Source: Anthoceros angustus (taxonomy: Eukaryota; Plantae; Anthocerotophyta). From it: a stretch of 64,000 nt of DNA. This document shows positions 36,712 to 49,916 of the stretch, piece after piece; position 1 is the stretch's first letter, and each line of letters starts with the position of its first letter. The stretch spans positions 124,001 to 188,000 of the forward strand of contig VJWM01000116.1 of NCBI GenBank assembly GCA_010909165.1, in the 5' to 3' direction. The position numbers were made by a program, and so were the translations under genes. The notes below the pieces were generated by a model that saw only the letters and a program-made list of their open reading frames with translations, ran no database searches and had not been told where the DNA came from.

Positions 36712-39700
36712 TCAAAATGCACTGGGGAGTCTTGGAGCAATGCATAATCGGAAAAGAGGGAGTGAACCCTTGCCACGAAACAGGAACAATGGAGTCAACA
36801 ACTTCGGAGCGTTGTGATACAGCCGCTTGTTTTTCGCAGCATGGATCTGACCTGCAAAAAGTTGGGGGAAATGGGCATCCGTTACGGCCTGTTTATCTGG
36901 ACGGCTACACTCTTGTTCGCTTCCTATGACTTGCGGAGTCTGTAGACTGTGTCCATTCTGCCGGATTTTCAGGCTTATCTTCTCTAACAGGCAATGTAGT
37001 TGTTGGTGCAGTGGGTGCTGGCGGTCATCTACCACGAAGCTATGTACTTCCTGCTCATGCTGAATCCAGCTCCTGCCAGGATTCTTCCAGGCCCCCTCCT
37101 TTTGCCGCTGTGACTGCACTTCCAGTGCACAGTCTAGAAGGCCAGCATCAGCATAAATATGTGACATGAGCACATAGGCAGCACCGTGCTGCGGTTGTAG
37201 TTGGACTGCAGAAGCAAATGCTTGCTCTCCCAGAGCTACGTTGCCATGCTTCCGACAGGCGCCCAGCAAGCACACCCACAAGGCCAGATCAGGCTGTATG
37301 GGCATTGTGGACAGCATATCTTTTATCCTTGCAAAACATCCTGATCGCCCAAACAGGTCTACCATACTCACATAGTGCTCAATTTCTGGGGTAATACCAA
37401 ACTCTTGGCTCATGGAGTTGAAGTACTCTGCACCTCGATCAACTGATCCAGCATGACTGCATGCGGAAAGAAGAGACAGGAATGTCACACCGTCTGGCTG
37501 GACCTCTGCCTCCCGCATCTTCTCATAGCATTGAAAGGCCTCCAAGCTACGCCCATGCTGTGCGTAAGCAGCAATCATAGCAGACCAGGTCACTATGTCC
37601 TTTGTGAGCATTCTGTCAAAGACACTGCAACAGTCGTGTAAACTTCCACACTTGGCATACATGTCCACTAAACAGTTCCCAATACCGACATCAGCTTCCA
37701 GGCCCCGGTCCAGAATCTGGGAGTGAAGCCCTTTTCCCTGATTTAGAGCTCCAATGCTGGCGCAAGCTTTCAAAAGGCAGGCGACTGTAATGGGATCGAC
37801 TGGTTTCATGCCCTCCTGCTCCATCCTCCCATACAGAGCAAGAGCTTCTTGCCCCAAAGCATGATTCGCATATCCAGCAATCATGACAGTCCATGTTACT
37901 ACGTCTTTTGAGATCAATCCATCAAAAACTTTGCGAGCATCTTGCAAACTACCACATTTAGCATACATATCCACCAGGCAGTTGCCAATAACTACATCAG
38001 CATCTAATGCTTGCCGCTGAATCTCACAATGGAGTTCCTTTCCCTGCTGCAAAACACCAAGGCTGGCACATGCTTTCAAAAGCGTGGCAAATGTGACGTG
38101 ATCAGCCAGACTGATGCCCTCCTGTTGCATCATTTGGTAGAGTGTGAGAGCTTCCTGGCCAAGTCCGTGCTCAGCATAGCCAGATATCATGGCAGTCCAT
38201 GTCACCACATCTCTTCGAGATAACCTGTCAAACACTCTGCGAGCATCCCCTAAGCTGCCACATTTAGCATACATGTCCACCAATGAGTTCCCAATGGTCA
38301 AATCTGTTTCGAGTCCTCTCTGCTGGATCTCAAAATGTAGCTCCTTGCCCTGATGTAAAGCACCAACACAGCCACAAGCTTTCAGCAGGCACACAAATGT
38401 AACACGGTTGGCTGGAGAAATACCTCCTGTTGCATACTCTCATACAGCATCAGAGACTCTTGACCAAGCCCTTGCTGAGCATAAGCTGCGATCATGGCAG
38501 TCCATGCCACCACGTCCCTGCTGGGCAATCTGTCAAACACTGCACGTGCATCCTCTAAGCTGCCACATTTGGAATACATGTCCACTAAGCTGCTGCCAAC
38601 TATCAATTCACCCTCCAACCCTTGGCTCTGAATCTGACAGTGGATCTGCTTTCCTGATGTAAAGCTCCCACACTGCCACATGCTTTCAAAAGGCAGGCAA
38701 ACGTAATCTGGTCTGCTGGAGTGATGCGCTCTTGCTGCATACTTGCGTAAAGCATCAGTGATTCCTGACCCAATCCGCTTTGAGCATAACCTGCAATGAG
38801 AGAAGTCCATGCGACCACATCTTTTCTACGAAGTTTGTCAAATACCTGACGGGCATCCTCTAAGTTCCCACATTTTGCATACATGTCAACGAGACTGTTC
38901 CCGAGAACCCCATCAGCTTCAAGACCTCGTTCCTGCATCTGGCAATGAAGCTCTTTCCCTCACGCAAAGCTCCAGCAGTAGCACATGCCTTCAGAAGGCA
39001 GACATATGTAACATCATCGGCTGGAGTGATGCCTTCCTGTTGCATCCTCTTATACACAGAAAGGGCTTCTTCACCAAGCCCATGCTCAGCATGTCCAGCC
39101 ATCATGGCAGTCCATGTCACCACATCTTTTGCGGGCAGACTATCAAACACGCTGCAAGCATCTTCTAAGCTGCCACATTTGGTATACATGTCCACCAGGC
39201 TGCTGCCACAAACACGTTGACCTCTCCCATGCTATTCAGAACATCAGCATGGACCTGCTTGCCTGATGCCAAATCTCCTACGCTGGCACATGCTCTAAGA
39301 ACTGCCACAAATACATAATTGTCAGGCTTGACATTGGACTCCCGCATCTGTTCATACAGTTTGATAGCTTGGGCAGGCTTTGATAGTTCAAAATGGGCCA
39401 GAATTATAGACAACCACACGAAAGCGTTTGGTGCATGCAAGTTGGTAAAGACATGCATTGCTTCGTCCAACCTCCCATGAGATGCATACATCCGGATAAG
39501 ATGATTGGCCAAGAATGTGTTTGACTCATAGCCACCTCCAAAGATAAGAGAATGAAGACGCATGCCAAGATCGAGATCCCGCTGTTGTATGCACCTTTTC
39601 AGCACAAGATAGAACACAGATGCCGAAACATAGGATCCAAGCTCCACGAGAGGGACCAGAGCTTCAACGGCTTCAGTGAGCCGTACCTCCTCCTCCATTT

Positions 39701-39733
39701 TGACCCACGTTGCACCCAAAGGTTGTGCTTCAT
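36712..39733 (-). CDS. PLS-class PPR-E+ gene split by about 5 single-base frameshifts (errors or pseudogenisation)
   Basis: Consecutive ORFs 39719-39165, 39195-38860, 38938-38603, 38810-38382 and 38394-36712 form one PLS array ending WKNPGRSWIQH; start uncertain. Confidence 0.85.
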
Positions 39734-39969
39734 GGAAATCTAAACCCGGAAGACTCGTGGGCTGCTGAACAAGGAACTTCTCTACTGAGCTTTAAGATTC
39801 GACACAATTGAACTTACAAAGCCAGTCACAACCGGCTCCAGCCTCAAATCCAGGCTACAGCAACGCTGGCACAGATTACCTTGCTCCTGTTCCCTGTACT
39901 GCCAGGTATCCGCTTAGCCAAGCTGATAACCAGATTGAATTTCTTCCAAGGCCAAATACAGAAAACAAC

Positions 39970-42690
39970 ATGGTAGCTCTCGGCACCGATCAACCCCGGT
40001 GCTGCATGGGCCGCGTTGCTTCAGGCGCGTCACACAAAGAGTTGGGTGCTAACCGGACGCACCGTTCCCATGCCCCCGTTTCAGTCTGGCATACAAGCAG
40101 GCTGGAAGCAATTGCGACTGGCAGGAAGACTTGGGGTTCTTCTACACTGCCCATCAAGGGACAGCTTGGCCGAAAAATCTACATTCTTCTCCAGGTGCGG
40201 CAGAAGACAGCGGACCCATGGTATCTAGCACAGCCTATGCTTTTCTACTGACCGTCGGCTCGACCTTGCAGGGTGGCCGAGGAAGGAGCAGATTTCAAGG
40301 TTGGACCGTGGATCAAATTGTGTGAGAATGGACTGCTCCGCGAGGCAGTCGAAGCACTGGGCGTGCTCGTGGAGCACGGAAAAGGAAAACCATACCTCTT
40401 TCCTTCCCTCGTACAACGGGTGCTCAGAAGGTGCATTCAACAGAAGGATCTGGTGCTTGGGAAGAGAGTGCACAATCTTGCTGTGAAAAATGGCTTCGAG
40501 TCAGACACATTCCTGGCAACCCAGTTCATCCAGATGTATGCTGGTCATGGAAGGCTGCAGGAAGCAACAAAGGTGTTCACTGATGTTCCTGTACCGGACA
40601 TTTTCATGTGGGAGTCAATAATTTTGGCACATGCAAGGCGTGGACAGCCTAAGCATGCCATAAGATTGTACAAACGGATGCGACATTCGCGCTTGAAGCC
40701 GAACAGTTATATATTTGTGACAGTTCTTAAAGCTTGTGCCATTACAGCAGATTTGGCAGCAGGCAAAGAGATCCATGCTGATATTCTGCACACCTTCAGC
40801 AAGATCAATGAAATTATGGGCACCTGCGTGATGGAGATGTATGCAAAGTGTGGTAGGCTGGAGGATGCTCGCAGAGTGTTTGACACTCTGGAGACAAAGG
40901 ATGTGATTTCATGGACTGCCATGATTTCGGCATATGCACAGCGTGGGCTCGGTCAAGAAGCCCTCGATTTGTATGCAAGTATGGTACAGCAGGACATGAC
41001 TCCAGCTGATCATTTCACATTTGCTTGTCTTTTAAAAGCATGTGCCAGCATTGGGGCTTTACATGAGGGCAAGGCACTTCATGGTCAGATACAGGACAGA
41101 GGTCTGCAGAATGATATGATCATTGGTGCCTGCCTTGTGGACATGTATGCCAAGTGTGGGAGCCTACAGGATGCCCGTAAAGTGTTTGAAAGTTTGTCCA
41201 AGAAGGACGTAGTTACTTGGACTGCAATGATCACAGGATATGCTCAGCGCGGACTTGGCAAAGAGTCTTTGTCTCTTTATGCAAGGATGCAACAGGAGGG
41301 TTTAAGTCCAGTCAATCATGTTACATTTGTGTCTCTTCTAAACGCGTGTGCCAGTACTGGAGCTTTTCATGACGGCAAGAAGCTTCATTCCCAAATACGG
41401 AAAAGGGGTTTGGAAGCTGATTTAGTTATTGGGAACTGCCTAGTGGACATGTACGCAAAATGTGGCTGCCTCGAGGATGCCCGCAAGGTGTTTGACAGTT
41501 TGCCCAAAAAGATATAGTGACATGGAACACAATGCTTGCAGGATATAGTAGCTGAAGGGCTTGGTCAAGAATCCTCGATCTCTTTGCCACTATGCCAGGA
41601 AACGAGAGACTCTCAGCTGATTCTGTTACGTATGTGTGCCTCTTGAAAGCATGTGTTGCCATTGGAGCTTTACATGTGGGGAGGCATCTTCATTTCCACG
41701 TTCAGGAACAAGATTTGGAATCGCAGGTAGCTGTAGGCAGCAGCCTGGTGGACATGTATGCTAAATGCGGTGAGTTAGTGGATGCTCACAGATTGTTTGA
41801 CAGGCTACCTATCAAAGACGTGTTGACATGGACAGCATTGATTGCTGGATATGTGGAACATGGGCGTGGCGAGGAAGCCCTTACGCTCTATTCCAGGATG
41901 CAACAGGTTGGAATCATGCCAGCTGACCATGTCACATTTTCCTTCCTTTTGAAAGCCTGTGCTGCTGTTGGGGCTCTCGATCGGGGAAGCAGCTTCATGT
42001 CCAGATTCAGAGCCGTGGTCTGGAAGGTGATGTGGCTGGGGCCCTGGTGAACATGTATGCAAAATGCGGACACCTAGAGGATGCATGCGAAGTGTTTGCC
42101 AAAGTGCATGGACGAGATGTGGTGACATGGAATGCCATGATCTCTGGGTTTGGACAGCATGGGTTAGTTGATGCAGCTGTGGTATGTTATGAGAAAATGC
42201 GGGTGGCGGGAATCCGCCCTGATGAAGTCACCTTTCTTTCACTCATATCTGCCTGCAGTCATGCTGGACTGGTTGACAGAGGCATTCAGTACTTGAATCC
42301 ATGAGCATCGATTACGGCCTAACTCCAGATATTGAGCATTATGTCAGTCTGCTGGATCTGTTTGGACGTGCAGGATGTATGATCAAGGCCGCAGAGTTGT
42401 TATCAACACCCATGCAGCCTAATCTGGCTGTGTGGTTGTGTTTGCTGGGTGCCTGCCGGAAACATGGAAATGTAGAGTTGGGAGAAGAGGCATTTAATCG
42501 TGCAGTAGGTCTAGAGCCCAAGCATCCTGCTGCGTATGTATTGATGGCACATATATACTCTGATGCTGGCCTCTTGGACCAGGCAATAAGGGTTCAAGGG
42601 TTGAGAGAGAGAGAAGGTGCATGGAAGAATCCTGGGCAGACCTGGATTGAGCTTGAGCACGAGATACACACATTTGTCGTGGGTGAGTGA
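39970..42690 (+). CDS. PLS-class PPR-E gene split by several frameshifts; probable 5' intron 40195-40271
   Basis: ORFs 40273-41517, 41592-42050, 42032-42304 and 42301-42690 form one PLS array ending WKNPGQTWIELEHEIHTFVVGE; start uncertain. Confidence 0.85.
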
Positions 42691-43700
42691 CAACGGTTGC
42701 GGTTGTCGCCGAATGGCTGCTCCTCTAGGCATACCCGGCTGCATGGAAGGTCTCTCTGCTGGACAGACCAGCATGCAGTTGTTTGCAAGCCCAAAAGCTG
42801 GACCTGATTGCCCAGCTGATTGCATTAGCAGGAGTTGGAAGAGAAAGATCCTTCAGTGCGAATTTAAACGAACAGCTTCTCTGTGCATCTGCTCGGCCTT
42901 CCGTGGACTAGCTTGAAATACATTTCGTGCAATCTACGCACATCATTCCTCTTCAGTAGAAATTCTGGGGAGCCAACTTCATGACGCTCACTACACTTCT
43001 AGCCTCCAGTATCGTTTTGCAGCCTGATAGTCCTCCAGATATCTTCAGGGAGTAGGTACATGATAAGCTCCTGCATAAACGCATAAACTCTGCAAGAACT
43101 TTGAGAGGAAAAGAGGAAAGTCTCCAAACCTCCACAATTACCTACAAAGCTATTTTGTCCGATTCTTGGATGGAGAATAGTCTGTATCACACCAGCGAAT
43201 ACGTAGCCGGAAGAGGTCCCCAGCAGTATACTTGCTGATGAAGAGGTCGCCAGAACTGTAGGAAAGACAAAGTCTTCCTGTAAAAGCTTCAGGATATCAT
43301 GCCATGGTACCAGCAAAAGCTTCGATACGTTCTTTCCGACATATGCATGGGGCAAGTTGCAAGCCGCACCTGGTGCACCTGGACAAGCTGTCAAGCATGT
43401 AAGAAGAAAACAGCTGTAAAAAGGAGTTCGTGTCCAGACCACGGATCTTTGATTCCTCCTCCCAACCTGCGGCTGCGGCCGATGCATTACAGTCTGCAAC
43501 GGAACAGTCGAAAGTGTGCCGGATCCCAGCAGTACCCTGGCAGTCGCAAACGCCTCAGCTGGTGGGTCAGCTGGGAGTAGTGCGGCCTCTGAAGAGCCGC
43601 CTGCTCCCTCCGTCCAAGGTGCGGGATCAGCACGGTCCCAACTCCCAAGTGGCTGAACAGAGGTTCTGCCCTGGTGGGCTCAGCAGGCGAGTATTGGGGG

Positions 43701-44125
43701 ATGGCGGGAAGAAGAAAGCTGCTTCCTGTTGCGGAGGCCAATGGGCGGAGCGTGGAGGATTCTGGGCGACTGTTGCGACCTTCGGAGAGGTATCAGGTGA
43801 CGGATGTCGAGCGGGATGAGATGGCAGCGATCCTGCATAAAGCAAGCCTCCGCCAGAGCTCATCGGTGCGGGATTCATTTTCCGTAAAGATAGCATTGCT
43901 CACTGTCCTGTATGCCCCGTTGTGTGTATAGGGACTGGTACATAGGATGCTGGGATGTCGATAGGTGGCAGTACTTGGCACTGCAGGGAGCGTCGGGGTC
44001 GGCAATGGTTTGAACTGCTAGAACTGTTTGGAGAGATCGGGACCTACGGTTTGCTCTGCAAGCTGGCTATTCATCGAAAGCCGAGCGGAGATGATGCAGA
44101 ATGTGGAGGAGCGGGCCCATCCTGT
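43701..44125 (+). pseudogene. Relic of the first two exons of the NLR at 58083
   Basis: LLPVAEANGRSVEDS..DEMAAILHKA and ELLELFGEIGTYGL..KLA..MMQNVEER match the NLR exons, with an intron at the same position; no NB-ARC follows. Confidence 0.8.
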
Positions 44126-44424
44126 AGGGCTAACAGAGGACTGTGTTGTGTATTCCACTTGCTGTCATGTCGCCATATCTGGAGTCTCTGATAGGGTGTG
44201 TCATCTCGGACAGGACAGGCACACAACATCCTATGAGAGAGGTCCTACAGGACAGATCCTGCAGGTTTAATAGGACAGATCCTGCAGGTTTAATGGGACA
44301 GATTTTTTTAGTCTGATGAGGAACAGTGTGATTCTGCGCCACAGAAGAGGAGAAGCTAGCCCCGGGTATCTTAATTTCAAGTGGAGATGGGAAGTGACTT
44401 GCCATAATCAGGACAATCCGATTT

Positions 44425-44472
44425 AAGAAGAAGAAGAAGAATTTTATTCCAGTCCACGAAGGACGAATTTCC
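44425..44472 (-). mobile_element. Dispersed (TTC)n-tailed repeat, copy 2
   Basis: Reverse complement reads GGAAATTCGTCCTTCGTGGACTGGAATAAAA(TTC)n. Confidence 0.5.
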
Positions 44473-45599
44473 ATCATGGGACTTGGTACTTAACAACTTG
44501 TACCATGGTGTGACTAAGCTACTTGCACCAAGGGCATCCACTCCCTTTAGGCACCCGTCTAGGCACCCCATCTAAGTACCAATCTAAGCTCAGGATGCTT
44601 AATCACTACGTTCTTATAAATGTGTGTCCATTTGGCCTTAGCCATTTGGACACACATTCCAGGCTCCATCATCCTTGGCAATGGCCCCCCTCTTGGCTGA
44701 TGCGTGGACTTCTTCAGACGATGGCAAGGACATGCTAAATAGGAGTGAACTTCTATAAATGTGTCAGTACTCCAGCCAAAGATTAAAAGCTTGCTGGCAA
44801 GAAGGCTGCCTACTTTGATGAACTTTGGCAAGTTAGAACTCCCTGACATTTGTATACTATTGAAGGTAGCAAGTTCCAAGTGGCCTTAGGGTTCTGGTTC
44901 TAAATGGGCTTAGGGTTATGCTCCTCCATTTACTGTACACTCGTAGCGCCCGTGACCTCACGCTTCTTGCACACTCAGCAGCCCAGTCAATCTAAAGCCG
45001 ATTTGCATTTTGACTTTGATTTGGGAGGGTGGGGTGCGCCAGGCGATGGAAATAGTGCAATACCAATGCAACGCTCGAGGAACCGTGGTAGCAAACAACA
45101 ACATGACCACATGAGACTCCTCCCCCAGAAAACGATTAGACTAACATCATGTGGATCAATAACCCACGCATGAGGTATAAAACTAATAGGAACAGATACT
45201 ACACTTTATCTTAACCAAGAGGTCGAGGGAGGAGATGTACAAAGATAGTCTCTTTTCTCGCCGAGGCCTTTTGGCCAAGATGAAGTGGGTTATCGAAAGT
45301 AAACCTCTCCAATCTCAGGTCAAGTTGTAAATATCATAGAGGCATCACGGTCTGTTCCTCAAACGATATGGGATAATATGTTGGGGTTAGCGTTTCATCC
45401 GAAGGTAGCAGGTATCGTGGTCTCTACGTCCAAGGAAACAGCTCAACGGATAGCTCTAGGTGGTGATGGTCACTATTTGCAATTATATAACTGCTCGTGC
45501 ACTCGTTGTGGAGCTTAGAATAACCACGCTTGCATGGATTGATAGTTAAGGTGAGTTTACCAACCAAGAAGCACTTCAATGAACAGCAAGAATCGCAAA

Positions 45600-46300
45600 T
45601 GTTTTACAACGTAATGTACAACCTCACGTTATAAAAACGAACATTTACATGTTTGTAAAATGGCAGCTTAACTAGGATGTAAAATTGCTCATATTGCAGG
45701 GAAGATTGCCACCTCATCGAGTTGCTGATGTGGAAGCCACGTCAGCAAACAAGATAAGGTATCCGGATAGCCGGTTTACAACGCCATTTATAACGTTGGG
45801 CTTGTTTACAACCTAAGTGACAACGCCATTTACAACACGGTTGCCTTGTAATCTAGGTTGTAAATCTTGACATGTATCTACTTAAATGTCACAAAGCGCA
45901 GTGTACTAGAGCGCTTGCTCCCACCTTTTTCTCTCTCCAGGCCAGATTTTTTGTAAGGGTTGGGATTAATGCAGTACATGCTGCCGAGTGACATTCCACT
46001 GAGAAAAAGGCTTTTACTACGTACTCTACAACAAGAGAGCCATGTCAACAACTTGTTATTCTAAATGAGCACTCAAAAGATTGCCACGTTATCCAACTAG
46101 AAACCCCTGTTGTAAAGCGCATCTTCAAACTTGTCATATCAACCAAACTTAAACCAATTTACAACGGAGTTTTTAGATGTTGTAAAGATTGGGACACTTA
46201 CAAAAGGTGTACTTGGAGCCATGCTTTTGTACGAGCCTTATTTCTTTCATCATCAGTCTCACTTTTGTACATCAAGTGTACGATTCCCAAGTTACAACTT
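45600..46300. repeat. Cluster of TTTACAAC/GTTGTAAA motifs in both orientations; possible subterminal repeats of a non-autonomous DNA transposon
   Basis: Motif or close variants at ~45603, 45775, 45806, 45829, 45857, 46108, 46158, 46179 and 46292; hairpin TTGCTGATGTGG-AAG-CCACGTCAGCAA at 45722-45748. Confidence 0.45.
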
Positions 46301-46602
46301 ACTAGGCATCAAAGGGCACTGTCACTGAGAGCCTTTTACTCCTTATCTCATGTCTCATAGGCTGGGAGGCGCTCTTCCCAATGTGGCCTCTTCAGCTATG
46401 CCCAAAGTGCTCTCCTCACATGAATTCACTTATCGACTTAATAGGCCATATCGAACTCTACAATTCGGGCACTAAATTTTATAGCTTTTGAATCTAATTT
46501 TCTTTAACCCACTACATTGGTTTGGATATACTGGCGAGTCATTAGTTTGGTCAATGAGTATCCCGTTCTCCCAACTGGTTGCAACTTGCAATGTGCTAAA
46601 AC

Positions 46603-49600
46603 CTAAATTGTAACCCTACCATCTTTCTTGAGCTCCATTGTTGTGCCTATAGTTTCCCTCCACTTCGTATAACATTTGTAGAACAGAGCACCAAAAACTA
46701 AAGTCTGTACAAAGGGAGTATTTTAGATATCCATAAGCCAAAGGATAAAAAATCTTTTTTATGTGTATGTAATTTGAAAGTGTTTCTAAAACTTACTACT
46801 CCAAGCCATTGACAGTTTGTGAGAGGGTGAGCGAACATGATCCATGATAAGATGAAGCTCAACGGCTGGAAAAGAAGGAATGTTATGAACAAGTCACAAA
46901 GGACTTCTAGCCATAACAAACAACAACTAGCATAACATACAATTTTAATGGCAAAACTTGATACTAACTTGTCTTATGGTGGAAGCGAAAGTAGAGGTGA
47001 GCGCTCCAAAATTCCGAATCATATGCAAAACGGTAAATTGGCTTAAAGTAGCCAGCTGTACATATTGAGAAACTATCTTGAATGAGCTTTGAGAAGTACT
47101 CATACGGTCCACATCAAAACTCGTACAAAAGTCTTACCATAGAATTCATAAGGACGGCAAAATGACGATCGCGATGATGTATTACAAAGTTCAAGGCCAA
47201 AGTTACGTGCCTTCGTAAAATAAGTACTACAATTAAACTACTCGATGGATCTGCCTCCTACTCACACCAATGTGCCGCGAAAGCGTTGAAACCAGGTGGT
47301 TGCATTGGATATCATCTAACAAGATGATGTTAAATAGGGTGTTCCTCGCTCGCAGATGGTCGCCAACTTGAACTGCCTTCATGCTTGTGCAAGCCTAACG
47401 CACATTCTTCAACAACAATGCTCCCAAGGTGCTCTTTGCATTCTTTGCAGCTGCTGGCTGTACATCTTCAACAATGGAACATTGAACATCTCTAGAATGT
47501 CTTTCCAGCCTGGCACATATATGAACTTGTAAGGTCAATTGGTGGGCTAAGTTGCCACATCACCGCCCCGCGGCATTCCGAACACCAACATTTGCGCAAG
47601 AGCCGGACGCTCTCGATGCCTCACTCGTTGATGTCTTCACACGCATTTTGTGGCATGGGCGGAAGGTACACACCTCTGTTCATTTCTGCTTGAGGCTCCT
47701 CCACTAATCTCTCCTGGCATTTGCGGATGGATTGCTACTCTCCTCCCTTGGGACTCAGAACTTGCTTGAGTGTGCATTTGTAGGGCAAGTGCTTGCCGTT
47801 CTCGACCGTTTATTCGCGGCCCAACGACTCGGGATGATGGTGACCGAGCCATATGAACCTTCAAAACCATGAAACCTCCACATACGGGGTCGTCGCCCCA
47901 AATAAAGAGCGCAAAGAAACACCTTTTAAGCACTCCAGATACGATGTGGAAGCAGGGCTCCCAACACTGCTAGCGGCCACGTCGGCGGAATCCTCCTGCG
48001 CTCTCAATTGTCACCACTGCGCCTGCACACAAAAAGCAACCACACCATCATTTGACTACCCGGTAGCGGTGCAGTAGGAGTAGGACCAGCCAGCGGGCAA
48101 ATTGGCGGCGGCAATGGAAGGCACTATGCAAACCCTCACTCTGCGCTCTATCCTCGAGAGAAAGAAGCCCTTGAATGGTGCCTATCTCATATGCCTCGAA
48201 TGCCGATTTTGGATGTTGGGCTCCTCACTTCGTGGCATCACGAACCAAGTCCTTCCTCAAGGCGGTGTACCATTTGGATCATTGAATTAAACGGTCTTGA
48301 CCCGTTACCCATGTTAAAAGTCCAAAACTTTTGAACTTGAGCGCAAGCCGGTTCCCAGTTCGTAAATCAGCGTGACAAATGGTTGCTTAGTGACAATGCC
48401 GTCCCAAAAGTCACCAAATTCATAACTTAATTTCTCAATATTTTAATGATTATTTTAACTCCAAAATTTAACCTTAGATGAAAGTAATCTATTTTTGTCA
48501 CCTGTAAATAAATCATATAGTATGGACAAGAAATAAATTAGGTAAAATTATTAACGTAATGTGATGACAAAATAACAACGTTTCAGTCGTTTCTCACTAA
48601 TGTGTGCACCAAACCGTGCATACACCCCATTCGGAATACAACTCAGAAGGTTGATCAAGGTAGATATCACTGTACCACTAGTACAACCCATCTGCTGGTG
48701 GGGAGGAGTTTTTCGAGTTCATCCCATAGTTCGCGAATGAGCGGTGGTGCGGATGGTTCAAAACACAGTGTCGGCCGGGGTGGGCGCCGGCCGCGCCACC
48801 CTCGGATGATGGTGAAGTTGCACAGTACCATTTGAAACTCGCATGTCCTTGTTCATGGATGGCCCCACAGGTTGTAGGTTTGATTGGTCGAGTTTGTAGG
48901 TTCCGGGGCCGGGCGCGCTGCGGCGCCCAGCCATCCACTTCAAACTCGCCATGGAGACCAGCTTTTGTATTGGTAAAAGTATATTTTCACTATATAAGGA
49001 TTTGGTTGAAGAAGATGTGAGCTAGTAGTCACCCACAATGGCACAATGACTTACCATCACAGGCACCATTTTAGCAGACTTTATGATTGTCTGAACTGGA
49101 AAACTGACATAGTTCAAAGCCTAGAAATACATAATTCATTAATTTAAAATATAAATTATATATGCTTCAGAATTTCATGAAATAGATAACTCATTCAATG
49201 ACAGTCTACCTCTGTCTGACAATTTGTGCAGACAAAATTAGACAAAGATATTTTTGCATACTTGCAAAGAGGTGCAACATTTAATAGTGACTTCTCCCGG
49301 ACCTGTAAATAACAAACATTTTATTTCTGTCAATAGAAAAAAAATTCATCAAAGCTAAAGCTTCTAGTTAGTTAAATAATTTTTTTTAGCTAATGTTGGA
49401 GATAAGGCATTGTTGTAAAAAATACCAAAATCATTATCATAGCCACCAAGCTTGAGAGAAGTCTACTGATAAACACAATGAGAAGTGTAAGGAACTCCTT
49501 TTCGTTCTCATCAAGAGATTTCATCATCCTTTCCTGTTAGTGTGAGCCAGAAAATTAAAAACATGATTAGTAATGTACAAAATATTATAGCTTACAATAA

Positions 49601-49774
49601 ATACACTCGAAAATATTGAGATTAAATTGTGTCTAGTATATTGACCTGCATGTAGCCATACACGAGAAGAGTGAGCACACAAAAGGCCAAATGAACGTTC
49701 TTGCCATCCAACATGAACCTGATTCTCTCCAATAGTGGCTCATGTGAAGCTACTATTGCCCACTCCCTTACCAT
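46603..49774 (-). CDS. Divergent nucleotide-sugar/PAPS transporter (SLC35B2 / UTr5-like); central exons disrupted or unrecognisable
   Basis: GT-AG bounded exons without stops: 49774-49646 (TLLVYGYMQ), 49533-49426 (ERMM..VFISRL), 49302-49210 (VAPLCKY..NCQTE), 49120-49055 (ALNYVSFPVQTIIKSAKMVPVM), 47226-47138 (HHRD), 47055-46969 (SQF..IRNFGALT..RQ), 46865-46797 (LSWIMFAHPLT), 46704-46603 (LVFGAL). Confidence 0.85.
48678..49000 (-). mobile_element. Candidate small non-autonomous Helitron
   Basis: Minus strand: A|TCCTTATATAG 5' end at 49000; hairpin at 48687-48702 followed by CTAG|T at 48681-48678. Confidence 0.5.
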
Positions 49775-49916
49775 GAGAGCATAAAGAGCATTAAAGCAGG
49801 GGAAGATTTGACTTAGTGTAATCCAGCACCATGGCCCATGAGAGTGAATCTTGTGTCCTCCCTTATATGTAATCGTGGGCCTGAACTACTTACATATCTA
49901 GTAGCGGGGAAGCCCT

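Noticed and set aside
42953-43499. Minus-strand ORFs of 166 and 60 aa
   Set aside because: No recognisable domain or splice structure; insufficient support.
44249-44302. Short 23-bp tandem repeat (GGACAGATCCTGCAGGTTTAAT)
   Set aside because: Real, but only about 2.5 copies and most likely slippage.
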